Shown here one piece after another: positions 41,774-52,169 of a stretch of DNA of 64,000 nucleotides. A model generated the notes under the pieces. That model did not search any database. It was not told where the DNA came from and saw only the letters and a list, made by a program, of their open reading frames with translations. Position numbers and translations under genes: made by a program. How positions within the stretch are numbered: the stretch's first letter is position 1; each line of letters opens with the position of its first letter. This DNA comes from an uncultured delta proteobacterium (GTDB lineage Bacteria; Desulfobacterota; Binatia; JACPRU01), in assembly GCA_963745025.1 (NCBI GenBank), contig CAVUWD010000002.1, forward strand, positions 192,001 through 256,000. The letters run 5' to 3'.

Positions 41774-43717
41774 TCAGTCCTTCCAGAGGTTGTTGGCGGC
41801 GTACTTGAGGACGACGTCGACGCAGCTCTCGCAGTAGCCGTTCTCGAGCAGGTTCTTCACCATCGCGTTGTACTTCTCGCGTCTGCTCCTCGTCGCGCGT
41901 GCGCGCCTTGGTGATGATGCGGCTGATGTCGCGCACCGAGGTCATGAGCTTCTTCTCGATCGCTTCCTTCAGCGGCTCGTAGGATCGGTAGGAGATCGCG
42001 CTCGCCGCGGCGGCTCGCCGCCCAGAGGTAGGCGATGACCTCCTGGCGGAAGCCCTCGGCGGCCGAGCCGATGATCGCGATCTGCTCCTCGATCGACTTG
42101 AGGAACCCCTCGTCGGGCTGCAGCTCTTCCTTGGTGTTGCGGTCCTTGACCTTGGTCTTGTTGACGAAGGCCTCGGCGTGGTCGAGGTAGTTCTGGAAGA
42201 GCGACTCGGCCTGCTCCTGGTAGGAGTAGACGAAGGCCTTGGTGATCTCCTTCTCGAGCAGCTCGAGGTACTCCTTGTGGAGCGATGTCCTGCAGGAACT
42301 CGAGGTACTGCTTGCGCGTGTCGTCGGCGAGGTCGGCTTCCTTCACCATGTTGATCAGCGCCTCGCGGACGTTGATCGGGTTGATGCAGTTGCCCTCGAC
42401 GTTGTCGGAGAGCGCGTTGTCGAGCGCCTTCATGATGAAGCGCGTCGAGATGCCGCTCATGCCCTCGCGCTTGGCGTCGTCGCGGAGCTCCTGCACGTCG
42501 ATCTTCTTGGTGCTTGCCCTTCTCGACGACCTCTTCGCCGTTGTAGAGCTTGAGCTTGGTCATCAGGTCGCACTTGGCGGTCGGCTCGAGGCGCGAGAGG
42601 ATCGCGAACATCGAGGCGATCTCGAGCGTGTGCGGCGCGACGTGGGCGCGGAAGTCCGAGTTGCGGATGATCTTCTGGTAGATCTTCACCTCCTCGGACA
42701 GGCGCAGGTTGTACGGCACCTTGACGACGACGATGCGGTCGAGGATCGCCTCGTTGGTGTGGTCGGCCTTGAACTTCTGCCACTCGGCCTCGTTCGAGTG
42801 CGCGACGATGACGGTGTCGACGTAGACCATGCCGTGGCGGCCCGGCGCCGGGATGACCTTCTCCTGCGTCGCGGTGATCATGGCGTGCAGGTACTCGGTC
42901 TCGTTCTTGAAGACCTCGATGAACTCGACCATGCCGCGGTTGCCGACGTTGAGCGCGCCGTTCAGGTCGAGCACGCGCGGATCGCCCTCGGAGTAGAGGT
43001 CGAGCTTCGAGATGTCCTCGCTGCCGATCAGCACCGAGGTGTCCTGGTTGTTCGGGTCGACCGGCGGCACGACGCCGATGCCGACGCGGTTGCGCTTCGA
43101 GAAGTAGCGCGTGACGACCGGCACCTCCTCGTAGCGGCCGCCGAACTCCTCCTTCAGCCGGAAGCGGCACACCGGGCAGAGGTCGCCCTCGATGTGCACG
43201 CCGAGCATCTTCTCGAACTCCTGCCGCAGGTGGCGCGGAATGAGGTGCAGCGGCTCCTCGAACATCGGGCAGCCCTCGATCGCGTAGAACGGGTCGGCTG
43301 CCTCGAGGCCGCGCTGCAGCCTCTCGACCAGCGAGCTCTTGCCGGAGCCGACCGGGCCCATCAGGTAGAGCACCTGGCGGCTCTCCTCGCCCTTCAGCGA
43401 CGCCGAGTGGAAGTAGCGGACGATCTGCGCGATCGTCTTCTCGATGCCGAAGAACTCGTCGCGCGAAGAAGTTGTAGACCTTGAGCGACTCGTCCTTGTA
43501 GAGCCGCTTGGCCGCGCGGGTCGTCGGTGTCGTGGATGTCGGCAGTGCCCGCGCGGATGATCATGTCGTAGAGGCGGGCGTGGGCGAGCTTGGGGATGGT
43601 GGGGTCTTCGCGGACGAGGTCGAGGTACTCGAGGAAGGTGCCGCGCCAGATTTTGCTCTCGCGAGCGACGCGGTCTTCCTTGATGATGCGCTCGAAGGTG
43701 CGGGTCGGCTGATCCAT
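41774..43717 (-). CDS. prkA: PrkA/YeaG AAA+ serine kinase with frameshifts
   Basis: LMGPVGSGKSS, CPMFEEPL, GNRGMVEFIE, NEAILDR, EGMSGISTRF. Confidence 0.88.
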
Positions 43718-43964
43718 CAGCGTCCTCCCTCGGAACCAGCGCTAGCTAGTCGACGTGCCAGCTCCCCTGCACAGCATGTTCGACGCTGCGTCATCACTGT
43801 CGATTCATTGTCTCGCCCAAAGTATATAGCCCGCCGGAAACAGTAACAAGCCGAACACTTGCCTGGACGCCTCGACGTGCGCGCGGGGAGCCCGTTACGT
43901 AAAGTTGCGGCGCGACACTGTTGGGGGACCGCTCTCGAGCACCGCTGGCTCTTCACCGCATCGC

Positions 43965-44963
43965 TCACTGGCTGTCGCGCAGAAACTGGTAGAGGTCGGA
44001 TTCGATGCCGTCGTTGGCGACGAGCCCGTAGGTGCTCGGGGGCCCCTCGCCGTCGAAGTAGGTGAAAATGTAGATCCGATCCAGGCGGTCGATCTCGTCG
44101 TCGAGCTCGGGGAAGACGTCTTGAGCGTGGCCGAGCTGATTCGTCGAGCCCCGCTCGCCGCTCTCGGTGCACCAAACACGCTTGCCGGTGCTGTTCAGGA
44201 AGTCCGCGATGCCGCCGAAGCTGAGCTTCTCGAGCTGCTCGCCGTACCAGTGAAAGTTGTAGACGTCGACGAAGCCGAGCAGGCCGGCACCGACCATGTC
44301 CTTGTTGTAGTCGAGATGACGCGGGAAGCTCTGATTGATGCTCGTCGTGGCCGCGCCGACCACCGGCGCACCGCTCCGCTTGCGGATCTCCGGAGCGGCT
44401 CGGCTGACGAGGTCCACGTAGTCTCCCGGGGAGCAATCGAGCACGCCCGGCGGGACACCCCGACCGTTACAGAACGCGTCGGGCTCGTTCCAGATCTCCC
44501 ATCCGGCGATCCTGCCGTCGCTACCGTACCGGTCGAGCACGGGAATGACATAGCGAGCGACGAATACCTCTTTCCAATCGGGGCGGTTGGCGAGCCACCG
44601 CGGGGCATACGCGAGGATCGGCAACAGATCCGTGTCGGGCGGAATCGAAGCGAGGATGGTGTCGAACCGGGAGAAATCGGGAGCTGCGTTCTCGCCCGGT
44701 AGAAACCCTTCGTCGAAGAAGAAGCTCGCGCGAATGTGCCGCAGCCCCAACGTGGAACGGATGTCGTTGCCCTGGGCAGCCGGATTGCCTTTCGGGTTGC
44801 CGACGAACTCGTTCTGTACACCGAGCTTCTCTCGCGGGATCGAGCCGCCGCTACCGAAGAGCAAGTCACCGACATCCTCGGCATCGCCGTGCACGCCGCC
44901 GCAGGCGGCCGAGGTCAGAAGAACGAGAACCAGGGTGTGGACGTAGATCCGCGCAATTGGCAC
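43965..44963 (-). CDS. Clan GH-A glycoside hydrolase lipoprotein (GH5/GH39-like)
   Basis: Lipobox SAAC, WEIWNEPD acid/base motif, NFHWY, WCTESG nucleophile motif. GAGGAGG precedes the GTG at 44963. Confidence 0.75.
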   Translation of the reverse strand: MPIARIYVHTLVLVLLTSAACGGVHGDAEDVGDLLFGSGGSIPREKLGVQNEFVGNPKGNPAAQGNDIRSTLGLRHIRASFFFDEGFLPGENAAPDFSRFDTILASIPPDTDLLPILAYAPRWLANRPDWKEVFVARYVIPVLDRYGSDGRIAGWEIWNEPDAFCNGRGVPPGVLDCSPGDYVDLVSRAAPEIRKRSGAPVVGAATTSINQSFPRHLDYNKDMVGAGLLGFVDVYNFHWYGEQLEKLSFGGIADFLNSTGKRVWCTESGERGSTNQLGHAQDVFPELDDEIDRLDRIYIFTYFDGEGPPSTYGLVANDGIESDLYQFLRDSQ

Positions 44964-45116
44964 GTAAACCTCCTCACCGCATCGTAGCCGGCGCACTTTG
45001 CAAACACGCAGCATCACTCGATGTCGTGATGTTTGAAGTTGAAAGGTTTCTCAAGGCCTTGGGACCGGAAGTCTCCAGCTGACAGCGGAAGACCGCCGAC
45101 AGACCCGTTCGCTCCG

Positions 45117-45167
45117 TTGACTCGGCTCGCGCAGATAGATAATAGAGATAATCGAGTAAGTTATCTA
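45117..45167 (+). promoter_or_regulatory. Rrf2 gene promoter and candidate autoregulatory operator
   Basis: TTGACT at 45117, then an AT-rich inverted repeat AGATAA-N9-TTATCT (45146-45166) directly before the ATG. Confidence 0.55.
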
Positions 45168-45622
45168 TGCGCATTTCCCACCGCTGCGAATACGCTTTAC
45201 GGGCCCTTCTGGAATTGGCCAAGAACAGCAAGGAGGGTCCCATACGCATCGAAGAGATCGCTCGGCGGCAGACGATCCCCAAGCAGTTCCTCGCCAACCT
45301 GCTGGTACAGCTCAAGCGAGGGCGGTTCGTGCAGAGCAAGAAGGGTCCTGAAGGGGGGTATTACCTCGCGCGATCCGCACGGCAGATCAATGTCGGCGAG
45401 GTCGTTCGATTCATCGATGGGCCGATCGCGCCCATCCAGTGCGTAAGCCGCACCCTCGGCGAGAAATGTGAGATCGGCGGGCGGTGCGGATTTTTCCCCC
45501 TGTGGAAACGGGTGCGCGATGCGGTAGCGGAGATCGTCGATCACACCACCGTTGCCGATGTGGTCGAGGAGCAGGAGCGCGAAGCGGCAGCCGGCGCCAA
45601 GGTGTTCATGTATCAAATTTGA
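45167..45622 (+). CDS. Rrf2 family regulator with three Cys (IscR/CymR-like)
   Basis: EYALRALLELA, SKKGPEGGYYL, CVSRTLGEKCEIGGRC. Confidence 0.9.
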   Translation: MRISHRCEYALRALLELAKNSKEGPIRIEEIARRQTIPKQFLANLLVQLKRGRFVQSKKGPEGGYYLARSARQINVGEVVRFIDGPIAPIQCVSRTLGEKCEIGGRCGFFPLWKRVRDAVAEIVDHTTVADVVEEQEREAAAGAKVFMYQI

Positions 45623-45626
45623 ACCC

Positions 45627-46479
45627 ATGGCGGCTTCTCTCGAGATCTCTGCGCTCTCGAAGTCGTTTGCGCCGCGCAACGGCGGCGGCCCGAGCGCCGC
45701 TTTGCGCGACGTCGATCTCGCGATCGCCGAAGGCGAGTTCGTCTGTCTCGTTGGCCCGTCGGGTTGCGGCAAGTCGACGCTGCTGAACCTCGTCGCCGGC
45801 CTCGAGCCGCCGTCGAGCGGCAGCATCCGGGTGGGCGGGCGAGACATCGCGGGTGCCGGCGCGGACCGTGGCATGGTCTTCCAGGAGGCCGCCCTCTTTC
45901 CATGGCTCAACGTCGTTCAGAACATCGAGTTTCCGCTGAAGAGCATGGGCGTGGCTCGTGCGGAGCGGCGCAGCCGCGCGCTTCACTTCCTGCGCATGGT
46001 ACACCTCGCGCGGTTCGCAAATGCTTACGTGCACGAGCTCTCCGGAGGCATGCGCCAACGCGTGGCGATCGCTCGCGCGCTGGCGATGGACCCGAAGATC
46101 TTGCTGATGGACGAGCCGTTCGCGGCGCTTGATGCGCAGACGCGCGACATCTTGCACGAGGAGCTGCAGGCAGATCTGGCAGGAGACTCGCAAGACGATT
46201 CTATTCGTCACCCACAACGTACGCGAAGCGGCGTACCTCGCAGATCGCGTCGCGATCTTCTCGGCCCACCCGGGAACCATCAAGCGCGTCCTCGCCATCA
46301 ACTATCCGCACCCGCGCGACAAGGAGAACATGCGGATCGCCCGCGCGGCCAACGTGATCCTCGAGGAACTGAGGGATGAAGTCGAAAAAGCCATCCGTGG
46401 GCAGCTGGGCGAGGAGTGGCAGCGGCCGGCGGATCGTGTTTCTCCTTCTGCTCGTCTCGATCTGGGACGCGGTATTTAG
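45627..46479 (+). CDS. SsuB/TauB/NrtD-type ABC ATPase, frameshift near 46170
   Basis: GPSGCGKST, LSGGMRQR, LMDEPF. FVTHNVREA lies in a shifted frame. Confidence 0.88.
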
Positions 46480-47176
46480 GCTCGGCCTCTACCAGGGCTA
46501 TCTGCTGCCCTCCCCCGAGGATGTGGCCGCGACCTTCGTTCGCGGCGCGCGCGATGGCTCGTTCCTGCTCGGTGTGGCGGTCAGTCTTCGCCGGATTCTC
46601 GTCGGCTACGGCATCTCGCTCGTGCTCGGCATCGGCATCGGCCTCGTGATCGGGCGCTTCAAGCTGCTGGAAGACACGGTCGGGTCGCTCATCTTCGGCC
46701 TGCAGACGATCCCGAGCATCTGCTGGCTGCCGTTCGCCATTCTTTGGTTCGGACTCTCCGAAAGCGCGATCCTCTTCGTGGTGGTGATGGGGGCTCTACT
46801 GTCGATCGTGATCGCCACCGACGATGGCGTGAAGAACACGCCCCCGCTGCTGATCCGCGCCGGGCGGACCATGGGAATGCGCGGCGTGGCACTCTACACG
46901 CGCGTGGTCTTGCCGTCGGCGCTGCCGGCGATCGTGTCCGGCATGAAGCTCGGCTGGTCGTTCGCCTGGCGCTCGCTGATGGCAGGAGAGCTTCTCTTCG
47001 TGAGCGCCGGGCTCGGTCATTTGTTGACCGTCGGACGGGACCTGAACGACATGAGCCTGGTGATCGCGGTGATGATCCTCATCGTGCTGGTAGGGCTCGT
47101 CGTCGATCGACTGGTGTTCGGCGCCGCCGAGCGCGCGATCCGCAGACGCTGGGGCCTCGTCGGCTCACAAGCATGA
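46376..47176 (+). CDS. SsuC/TauC-type ABC permease
   Basis: LLPSP, QTIPSICWLP, LPSALPAIVSG, WRSLMAGEL, GLG. Confidence 0.9.
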   Translation: MKSKKPSVGSWARSGSGRRIVFLLLLVSIWDAVFRLGLYQGYLLPSPEDVAATFVRGARDGSFLLGVAVSLRRILVGYGISLVLGIGIGLVIGRFKLLEDTVGSLIFGLQTIPSICWLPFAILWFGLSESAILFVVVMGALLSIVIATDDGVKNTPPLLIRAGRTMGMRGVALYTRVVLPSALPAIVSGMKLGWSFAWRSLMAGELLFVSAGLGHLLTVGRDLNDMSLVIAVMILIVLVGLVVDRLVFGAAERAIRRRWGLVGSQA

Positions 47177-47317
47177 GCGCTAGCTCGGCAGGATGTTGCA
47201 TCCCCTTTGATCGCGCCCAACGGGCGCGATCCGTGGCGCACGCTCCTCGCCCGGCACGCCGCTTCGGCCGGAGATGGTTCGCGACCAACGGGAGCGATCT
47301 GTGACGCAGGTTTCCAG
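47177..47317 (+). repeat. Family-2 REP-like tandem (two units) inside the ABC operon
   Basis: CTAGCTCGGCAGGATGTTGCATCCCCTTTGATCGCGCCCAACGGGCGCGATCCGTGGCGCAC, then TCGCGACCAACGGGAGCGATCTGTGACGCAG. Confidence 0.88.
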
Positions 47318-48296
47318 GACAACGCGGAACGTGTGGATGCTCGCCGGTCTGTTGGCCCTCCTCTGGAGCGGGCCGGTCGGTGCCCGCGAGCGGGTGCGCA
47401 TCGGGTATTTCCCGAATGTCACGCACGCGGTCGCGATGGTCGGCCTCGAACAGGGCTTCTTCGCCAAGGCGTTGGGACCCGACGCGGCCATCGAGGCCAA
47501 GGTCTTCAACGCCGGTCCCGCCGAGATCGAGGCGCTCTTCGCGGGCGAGATCGATCTCGGGTACGTCGGTCCCGGTCCCGCGATCACCGGGTTCGTGCGC
47601 TCGAAGGGTCGGGCGCTGCGGATCGTCGCGGGCTCCGCGATGGGCGGGGCTTCGCTGATCGTGCGCGCAGACGCCGGAATCCAGAGCGCGAAGGACCTCT
47701 CCGGAAAGAAGCTCGCCTCTCCGCAAATCGGCAACACGCAGGACGTGGCGCTCAGGACATTTCTGCGCGAGGCGGGTCTGAAGACCGCGGACCGCGGGGG
47801 CACCGTGACGGTCCTGCCCGTCGCCAATCCGGACGCGCTCAGCCTCTTCGCGAGGAAAGAGCTCGACGGGGCCTGGGTGCCCGAGCCTTGGGCGTCGGTT
47901 CTCCGGCTCCAGGCCGGGGGAAAAGAGCTCGTCGACGAGCGCAGCTTGTGGCCCAAGTGGAAGTTTCCGACGACGGTCGTCGTAGTCTCGTCGCGGTTTC
48001 TCGCCGACCATCGAAGCCTGGTCTCGCGGTGGCTCGACGGCCAGCACGAAGCCGTTCGTTGGCTAAACGAGCATCCTTCGGAAGCTCAGGCCGTCGTCAA
48101 TCGCGCGATCCGAACGTTCACCACGCGCGAGATGCCGGCGCAGGTTCTGAGCGAATCGTGGCGACGGCTGTCGTTCTCGGACGAGCTCTTGCAGGATGCG
48201 TTTGGGAAGCTTGCGAAGGACGCCGAAGCGCTCGGCTACCTGCCGACGAGCGACATCTCCGGAATCTTCGAGCCCGGCCTCTCCGGGTCTCAGTGA
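47301..48296 (+). CDS. SsuA-type ABC substrate-binding protein
   Basis: Signal peptide, IGYFPNVTHA, FNAGP, YVGPGPA, PQIGNTQD, WVPEPW. Start could be slightly downstream. Confidence 0.88.
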   Translation: MTQVSRTTRNVWMLAGLLALLWSGPVGARERVRIGYFPNVTHAVAMVGLEQGFFAKALGPDAAIEAKVFNAGPAEIEALFAGEIDLGYVGPGPAITGFVRSKGRALRIVAGSAMGGASLIVRADAGIQSAKDLSGKKLASPQIGNTQDVALRTFLREAGLKTADRGGTVTVLPVANPDALSLFARKELDGAWVPEPWASVLRLQAGGKELVDERSLWPKWKFPTTVVVVSSRFLADHRSLVSRWLDGQHEAVRWLNEHPSEAQAVVNRAIRTFTTREMPAQVLSESWRRLSFSDELLQDAFGKLAKDAEALGYLPTSDISGIFEPGLSGSQ

Positions 48297-48451
48297 CCGT
48301 CGACGACTTTCCGGACCGAGGCGCGCTCGGCTTCGAGCGTGGCGATGTCGGCCTTGCGGCGCTCGATGTCCGCCTTCACTTCGCCGCGGTTCTCCGCGAA
48401 GAGCGGATCGCGATGCGCGAGGATGATGACGCGAGTGAGCTCGGCTCGCAT
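48290..48451 (-). CDS. Small hypothetical coiled-coil ORF or gene remnant
   Basis: MRAELTRVIILAHRDPLFAENRGEVKADIERRKADIATLEAER; codon pattern looks coding but I recognise no family. Confidence 0.3.
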   Translation of the reverse strand: MRAELTRVIILAHRDPLFAENRGEVKADIERRKADIATLEAERASVRKVVDGH

Positions 48452-48624
48452 GGGCGAACGTCGTCGCTTCGGGGCAGGTTCACGTCGCCGCGTAACTTGT
48501 GGCAGAAGCGTTCCGTCGCGGATTCGTGGCTTCGTTGACCGCTTCTGGCGCGTTCCTGTAGGAGACAAGCGAGAAGGCATGCCCGTCATCCGCGGCTGCG
48601 GCGGATGAGCCGGCCGAGGCGTGA

Positions 48625-49386
48625 ATGCTACTGGCGATCGACGTGGGCAACACCAATACGGTGCTTGGGGTCTACCGCGCCGAGACGCTCATGCGTCACT
48701 GGCGCATCCAGACCGAAGCCGAACGCACCGTCGACGAATACGGCGTGCTCCTGCGGGGGCTGTTCGGTGCCTCGGCGATCGATCCCGCAATCGACGGTGC
48801 GATCATCTCCTGTGTCGTACCGCCGATGCAGAAGACCGTGGAGGCCGTCTCGCGGGAATACTTACGGGTCGAACCGATGACGGTCGGACCCGGGACCAAG
48901 ACGGGCATGCCGATTCTCTACGACAACCCGAAAGAAGTTGGGGCAGACCGCATCGTCAACGCGGTGGCCGCATACGAGCGCACGCACGATACTACGATCG
49001 TGGTCGATTTCGGCACGGCGACGACCTTCGACTACATCTCATCCAAGGGCGAGTACGTCGGCGGGGTGATCACGCCGGGGCCCGGCATCTCGCTCGAGGC
49101 GCTCTACCAGCGAGCCGCGAAGCTCTATCGCGTCGAGATGGCAAAGCCTCCGAGGGTCGTCGGCCGCAACACGGTCCACGCCATCCAGTCGGGCATCATC
49201 TACGGTTACGTGGCGATGGTGGACGGCCTCGTTCGCCGGATTCAGAAGGAGAATGGCGTCACGGCGCGGGTCTTCGCCACCGGTGGATTTGCGGAGCTGT
49301 TGGCACCGGAGTCGGAGACGATCGAGAAGGTCGATGAGTTTCTCACGCTGGACGGGCTGCGTATTCTGTATGAACGAAATCGATGA
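48625..49386 (+). CDS. coaX: Type III pantothenate kinase
   Basis: IDVGNTN, GADRIVN, DFGTATT, ATGG. Confidence 0.95.
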   Translation: MLLAIDVGNTNTVLGVYRAETLMRHWRIQTEAERTVDEYGVLLRGLFGASAIDPAIDGAIISCVVPPMQKTVEAVSREYLRVEPMTVGPGTKTGMPILYDNPKEVGADRIVNAVAAYERTHDTTIVVDFGTATTFDYISSKGEYVGGVITPGPGISLEALYQRAAKLYRVEMAKPPRVVGRNTVHAIQSGIIYGYVAMVDGLVRRIQKENGVTARVFATGGFAELLAPESETIEKVDEFLTLDGLRILYERNR

Positions 49387-49387
49387 T

Positions 49388-49447
49388 CGGCTACCGACTA
49401 CCGGAAGGGCAACGTGAACTCCTTGCCGGTAGCCGGTAGCCGGTAGC
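49388..49447. repeat. Family-3 inverted heptamer array
   Basis: CGGCTACCGACTACCGG, core AAGGGCAACGTGAACTCCTT, (GCCGGTA)x3. Confidence 0.8.
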
Positions 49448-49462
49448 GGGGGAGAAGACCGG

Positions 49463-51535
49463 ATGCCGATTGAAGACGTATCGAAGATCCGCAACGTCGC
49501 CATGCTCGGACAGGGCGGGGTGGGCAAGACCTCGCTCGCCGACGCACTGCTGTTCGCCGCCGGCAAAGTGAACCGGCTCGGACGGGTGGACGACGGCTCC
49601 TCGTTCTTCGATTTCGAGCCCGAGGAGATCCGTCACAAGGTGAGCATCTCCGCGTCGCTTCACCATCTGCAGTGGAAGAAGCATGAAGTCACCATCGTCG
49701 ACACGCCGGGATATGCCAACTTCCTCAGCGAGAGTCGGCAGGCGATGCGTGCCGTCGATGGAGCCGTGGTGGTGCTTTCCCCGAGCGGCCAGGTCAAGGT
49801 CGAGCTACAGCGGCTCTGGGCCTGGGCGCAGGAAGAGGGGCTCGGCTGCGTCGGCTTCGTCACCCATCTGGATCGCGAGGCGGTCGATCTCGAGAATGCG
49901 TTGGAGCAGACGAGCAAGGCGCTGCAGATTCCGGTCGTGGCGCTGTCGCTACCCATTGTTGGAGAAGAGGCCGAGCTGCGAGGCCACGTCGATTTGCTCC
50001 GCGAGCGTGCGGTGCTGTTCACCGGCGAGACTGGGCAATCGAGGGAGGAAGCGATTCCGGCGGTGCTCGCGGAACGCGCGAAGCAACTGCGCGACCGGCT
50101 CGTCGAAACCGTCGCGGAGGCGAGTGACGAGCTCCTCGAGAAGTATCTCGAAAACGGCTCGCTCGCGCCCGAAGAGATCCAGACCGGGCTTCGAGCGGGC
50201 GTCATTGCGCGCCGGTTCCTGCCGGTGCTCTGCGGCTCTTCGACGCGGATGATCGGCGTCCACGGGCTTCTCGACGCGATTGTCGATTGCCTCGGGTCTC
50301 CGCTCGACGCCGGCGCGGCGCGAGGCGCGAACCCGAAAACCGGCGACGAGCTCGAGCGCCCGCCCGACGCCGGCGCGCCGATGTCGGCGTTCGTGTTCAA
50401 GACCGTGATCGATCCCTTTGCGGGCAAGCTCTCGATCTTTCGCGTCGAGTCCGGCCGCCTCAAGGCCGATTCAACCGCTCTCAACGCCATACGCGACACA
50501 AAGGAGCGGATCGGTCATCTGCTGAAGATCGAAGGCAAGAAGCAGGAGCCGGTCACGGAAGTGGTCGCGGGCGAAATCGCGGCGGCGACGAAGCTCAGGG
50601 ATACGCTGTCCGGCGACACGCTCTGCGACGAGCGCGATCCGATCGCGTACCCGGCGCTTCCCGACGCGTCGCCGTCGATCTCGTTCGCGATCGAGCCGAA
50701 GACCAAGGCCGACGAGGAGAAGGCCAACCAGGGGTTGCACCGCCTTCTCGAGGAAGATCTGGCGTTGCGCGTGCATCGCGATGCGCAGACCCGCGAGATC
50801 ATCTTGTCGGGAGCCGGCCAGCAGCACGTCGAGATCGTGGTCGAGCGACTCAAGCGCAAGTTCGGTGTCGAGGTCGAGCTGAAGGCGCCGAAGGTTCCCT
50901 ACCGCGAGACCATCAAGGGCAAAGCCAACTCCCAGGGCAAGTACAAGAAGCAGTCCGGCGGGCGCGGACAGTACGGCGACTGCTGGCTGGACGTAGAGCC
51001 GCTTCCGCGCGGCAAAGGTTTCGAGTTCGTCGACAAGATCGTCGGCGGAGCGATCCCGCGAAACTACATTCCGGCTGTCGAGAAAGGGGTGCGCGAGGCG
51101 ATGCAGGAGGGGCACGTCGCCGGTTATCCGATGCAGGACGTGCGGGTCACGCTCTACGACGGTTCGTTCCACACCGTCGACTCGTCGGAGATGGCGTTCA
51201 AGATCGCCGGCTCCCTGGGATTCAAGGCCGCCGTGGAAAAGGCCAAGCCCATCCTGCTCGAGCCGATGATGAAGCTCGAGATCACGACGCCGGACGAGAC
51301 CATGGGCGACGTGATCGGCGACCTGAACAGCCGGCGGGGAAAGGTCTCGCAGGTCGAGGCGAGATCCGGCGAGGAGGTGATCCACGCCGTGGTGCCGATG
51401 ACAGAAGTGCTGCGTTACGCTTCGGATCTACGCAGCATGACGAGCGGTCGCGGCGCGTTCGCGATGGAATTCTCCCATTACGAGGAAGTGCCCGCGCACC
51501 TCGCCCAGAAGATCGTCGACGCCGCCAAGGGCTGA
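49463..51535 (+). CDS. fusA: Elongation factor G paralog (EF-G2 type)
   Basis: Full EF-G domain order. GQGGVGKTS, DTPGY, THLD, KKQSGGRGQYG, DGSFHTVDSSEMAF. Confidence 0.9.
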   Translation: MPIEDVSKIRNVAMLGQGGVGKTSLADALLFAAGKVNRLGRVDDGSSFFDFEPEEIRHKVSISASLHHLQWKKHEVTIVDTPGYANFLSESRQAMRAVDGAVVVLSPSGQVKVELQRLWAWAQEEGLGCVGFVTHLDREAVDLENALEQTSKALQIPVVALSLPIVGEEAELRGHVDLLRERAVLFTGETGQSREEAIPAVLAERAKQLRDRLVETVAEASDELLEKYLENGSLAPEEIQTGLRAGVIARRFLPVLCGSSTRMIGVHGLLDAIVDCLGSPLDAGAARGANPKTGDELERPPDAGAPMSAFVFKTVIDPFAGKLSIFRVESGRLKADSTALNAIRDTKERIGHLLKIEGKKQEPVTEVVAGEIAAATKLRDTLSGDTLCDERDPIAYPALPDASPSISFAIEPKTKADEEKANQGLHRLLEEDLALRVHRDAQTREIILSGAGQQHVEIVVERLKRKFGVEVELKAPKVPYRETIKGKANSQGKYKKQSGGRGQYGDCWLDVEPLPRGKGFEFVDKIVGGAIPRNYIPAVEKGVREAMQEGHVAGYPMQDVRVTLYDGSFHTVDSSEMAFKIAGSLGFKAAVEKAKPILLEPMMKLEITTPDETMGDVIGDLNSRRGKVSQVEARSGEEVIHAVVPMTEVLRYASDLRSMTSGRGAFAMEFSHYEEVPAHLAQKIVDAAKG

Positions 51536-51573
51536 GCGAATCACCGGACCGCCAAGACCCGGTCAAACGTTCG

Positions 51574-52110
51574 ATGCCGGATCCCAAGAGTCCCGACGAC
51601 GGGGCGGAAGCGATCGCGGTGGCCGAACAGGTCGTTGCCGGCACCGACTCGATTTCGGTCCCCAGAGATCTCGTCGACGAGCCGCCCGCGCCCGTCCCCG
51701 AAAAGGCGTTGTGGGCGAGGATCCGGACGATGACCGTTGCGGAGAAGGTGAAGCTCGCGCTCAAGGGAAACAAAGACGCGCGGGCCATTCTGCTTCGCGA
51801 CACGAACAAGATCATTCCCCGCCTCGTGCTGCAGAACCCGCGCATCTCCGAAGATGAGATCCTCATGCTCTCCAAGGATCGCAACACCGACGACGAGGTC
51901 CTCCGGATGATCGCCGACAGCCGGGAATGGACGAAGATTTACGCCGTGCGCGCCGCGCTGGTGGAGAACGCGCGAACTCCGGTGGGCAAAGCGCTGAAGC
52001 TCCTCGTGACGCTCGCCGAGCGCGAGATCTCCCGCCTCGCAAGGAGCAAGAACGTGCCGAACGTCATCGCCATACAGGCGCGCCGGATCTTGTTTCGCGC
52101 GCGGCAGTGA
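51574..52110 (+). CDS. Conserved hypothetical helical-repeat protein
   Basis: MTVAEKVKLALKGNKDARAILLRD.NK...VLQNPRI, REW...Y, NARTP; nested in-frame in ORF 50287..52110. Confidence 0.75.
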   Translation: MPDPKSPDDGAEAIAVAEQVVAGTDSISVPRDLVDEPPAPVPEKALWARIRTMTVAEKVKLALKGNKDARAILLRDTNKIIPRLVLQNPRISEDEILMLSKDRNTDDEVLRMIADSREWTKIYAVRAALVENARTPVGKALKLLVTLAEREISRLARSKNVPNVIAIQARRILFRARQ

Positions 52111-52169
52111 TAGCGCTCATCTCACGAGCGCGCGTGTAGTCGGTGGCAGCCCGGGAGACTCGAAATCGC

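Noticed and set aside
40262-43373. PrkA-YeaH and YeaH-SpoVR fusion ORFs
   Set aside because: Produced by frameshift read-through; normal stops and starts are present at 41774, 40519 and 40513.
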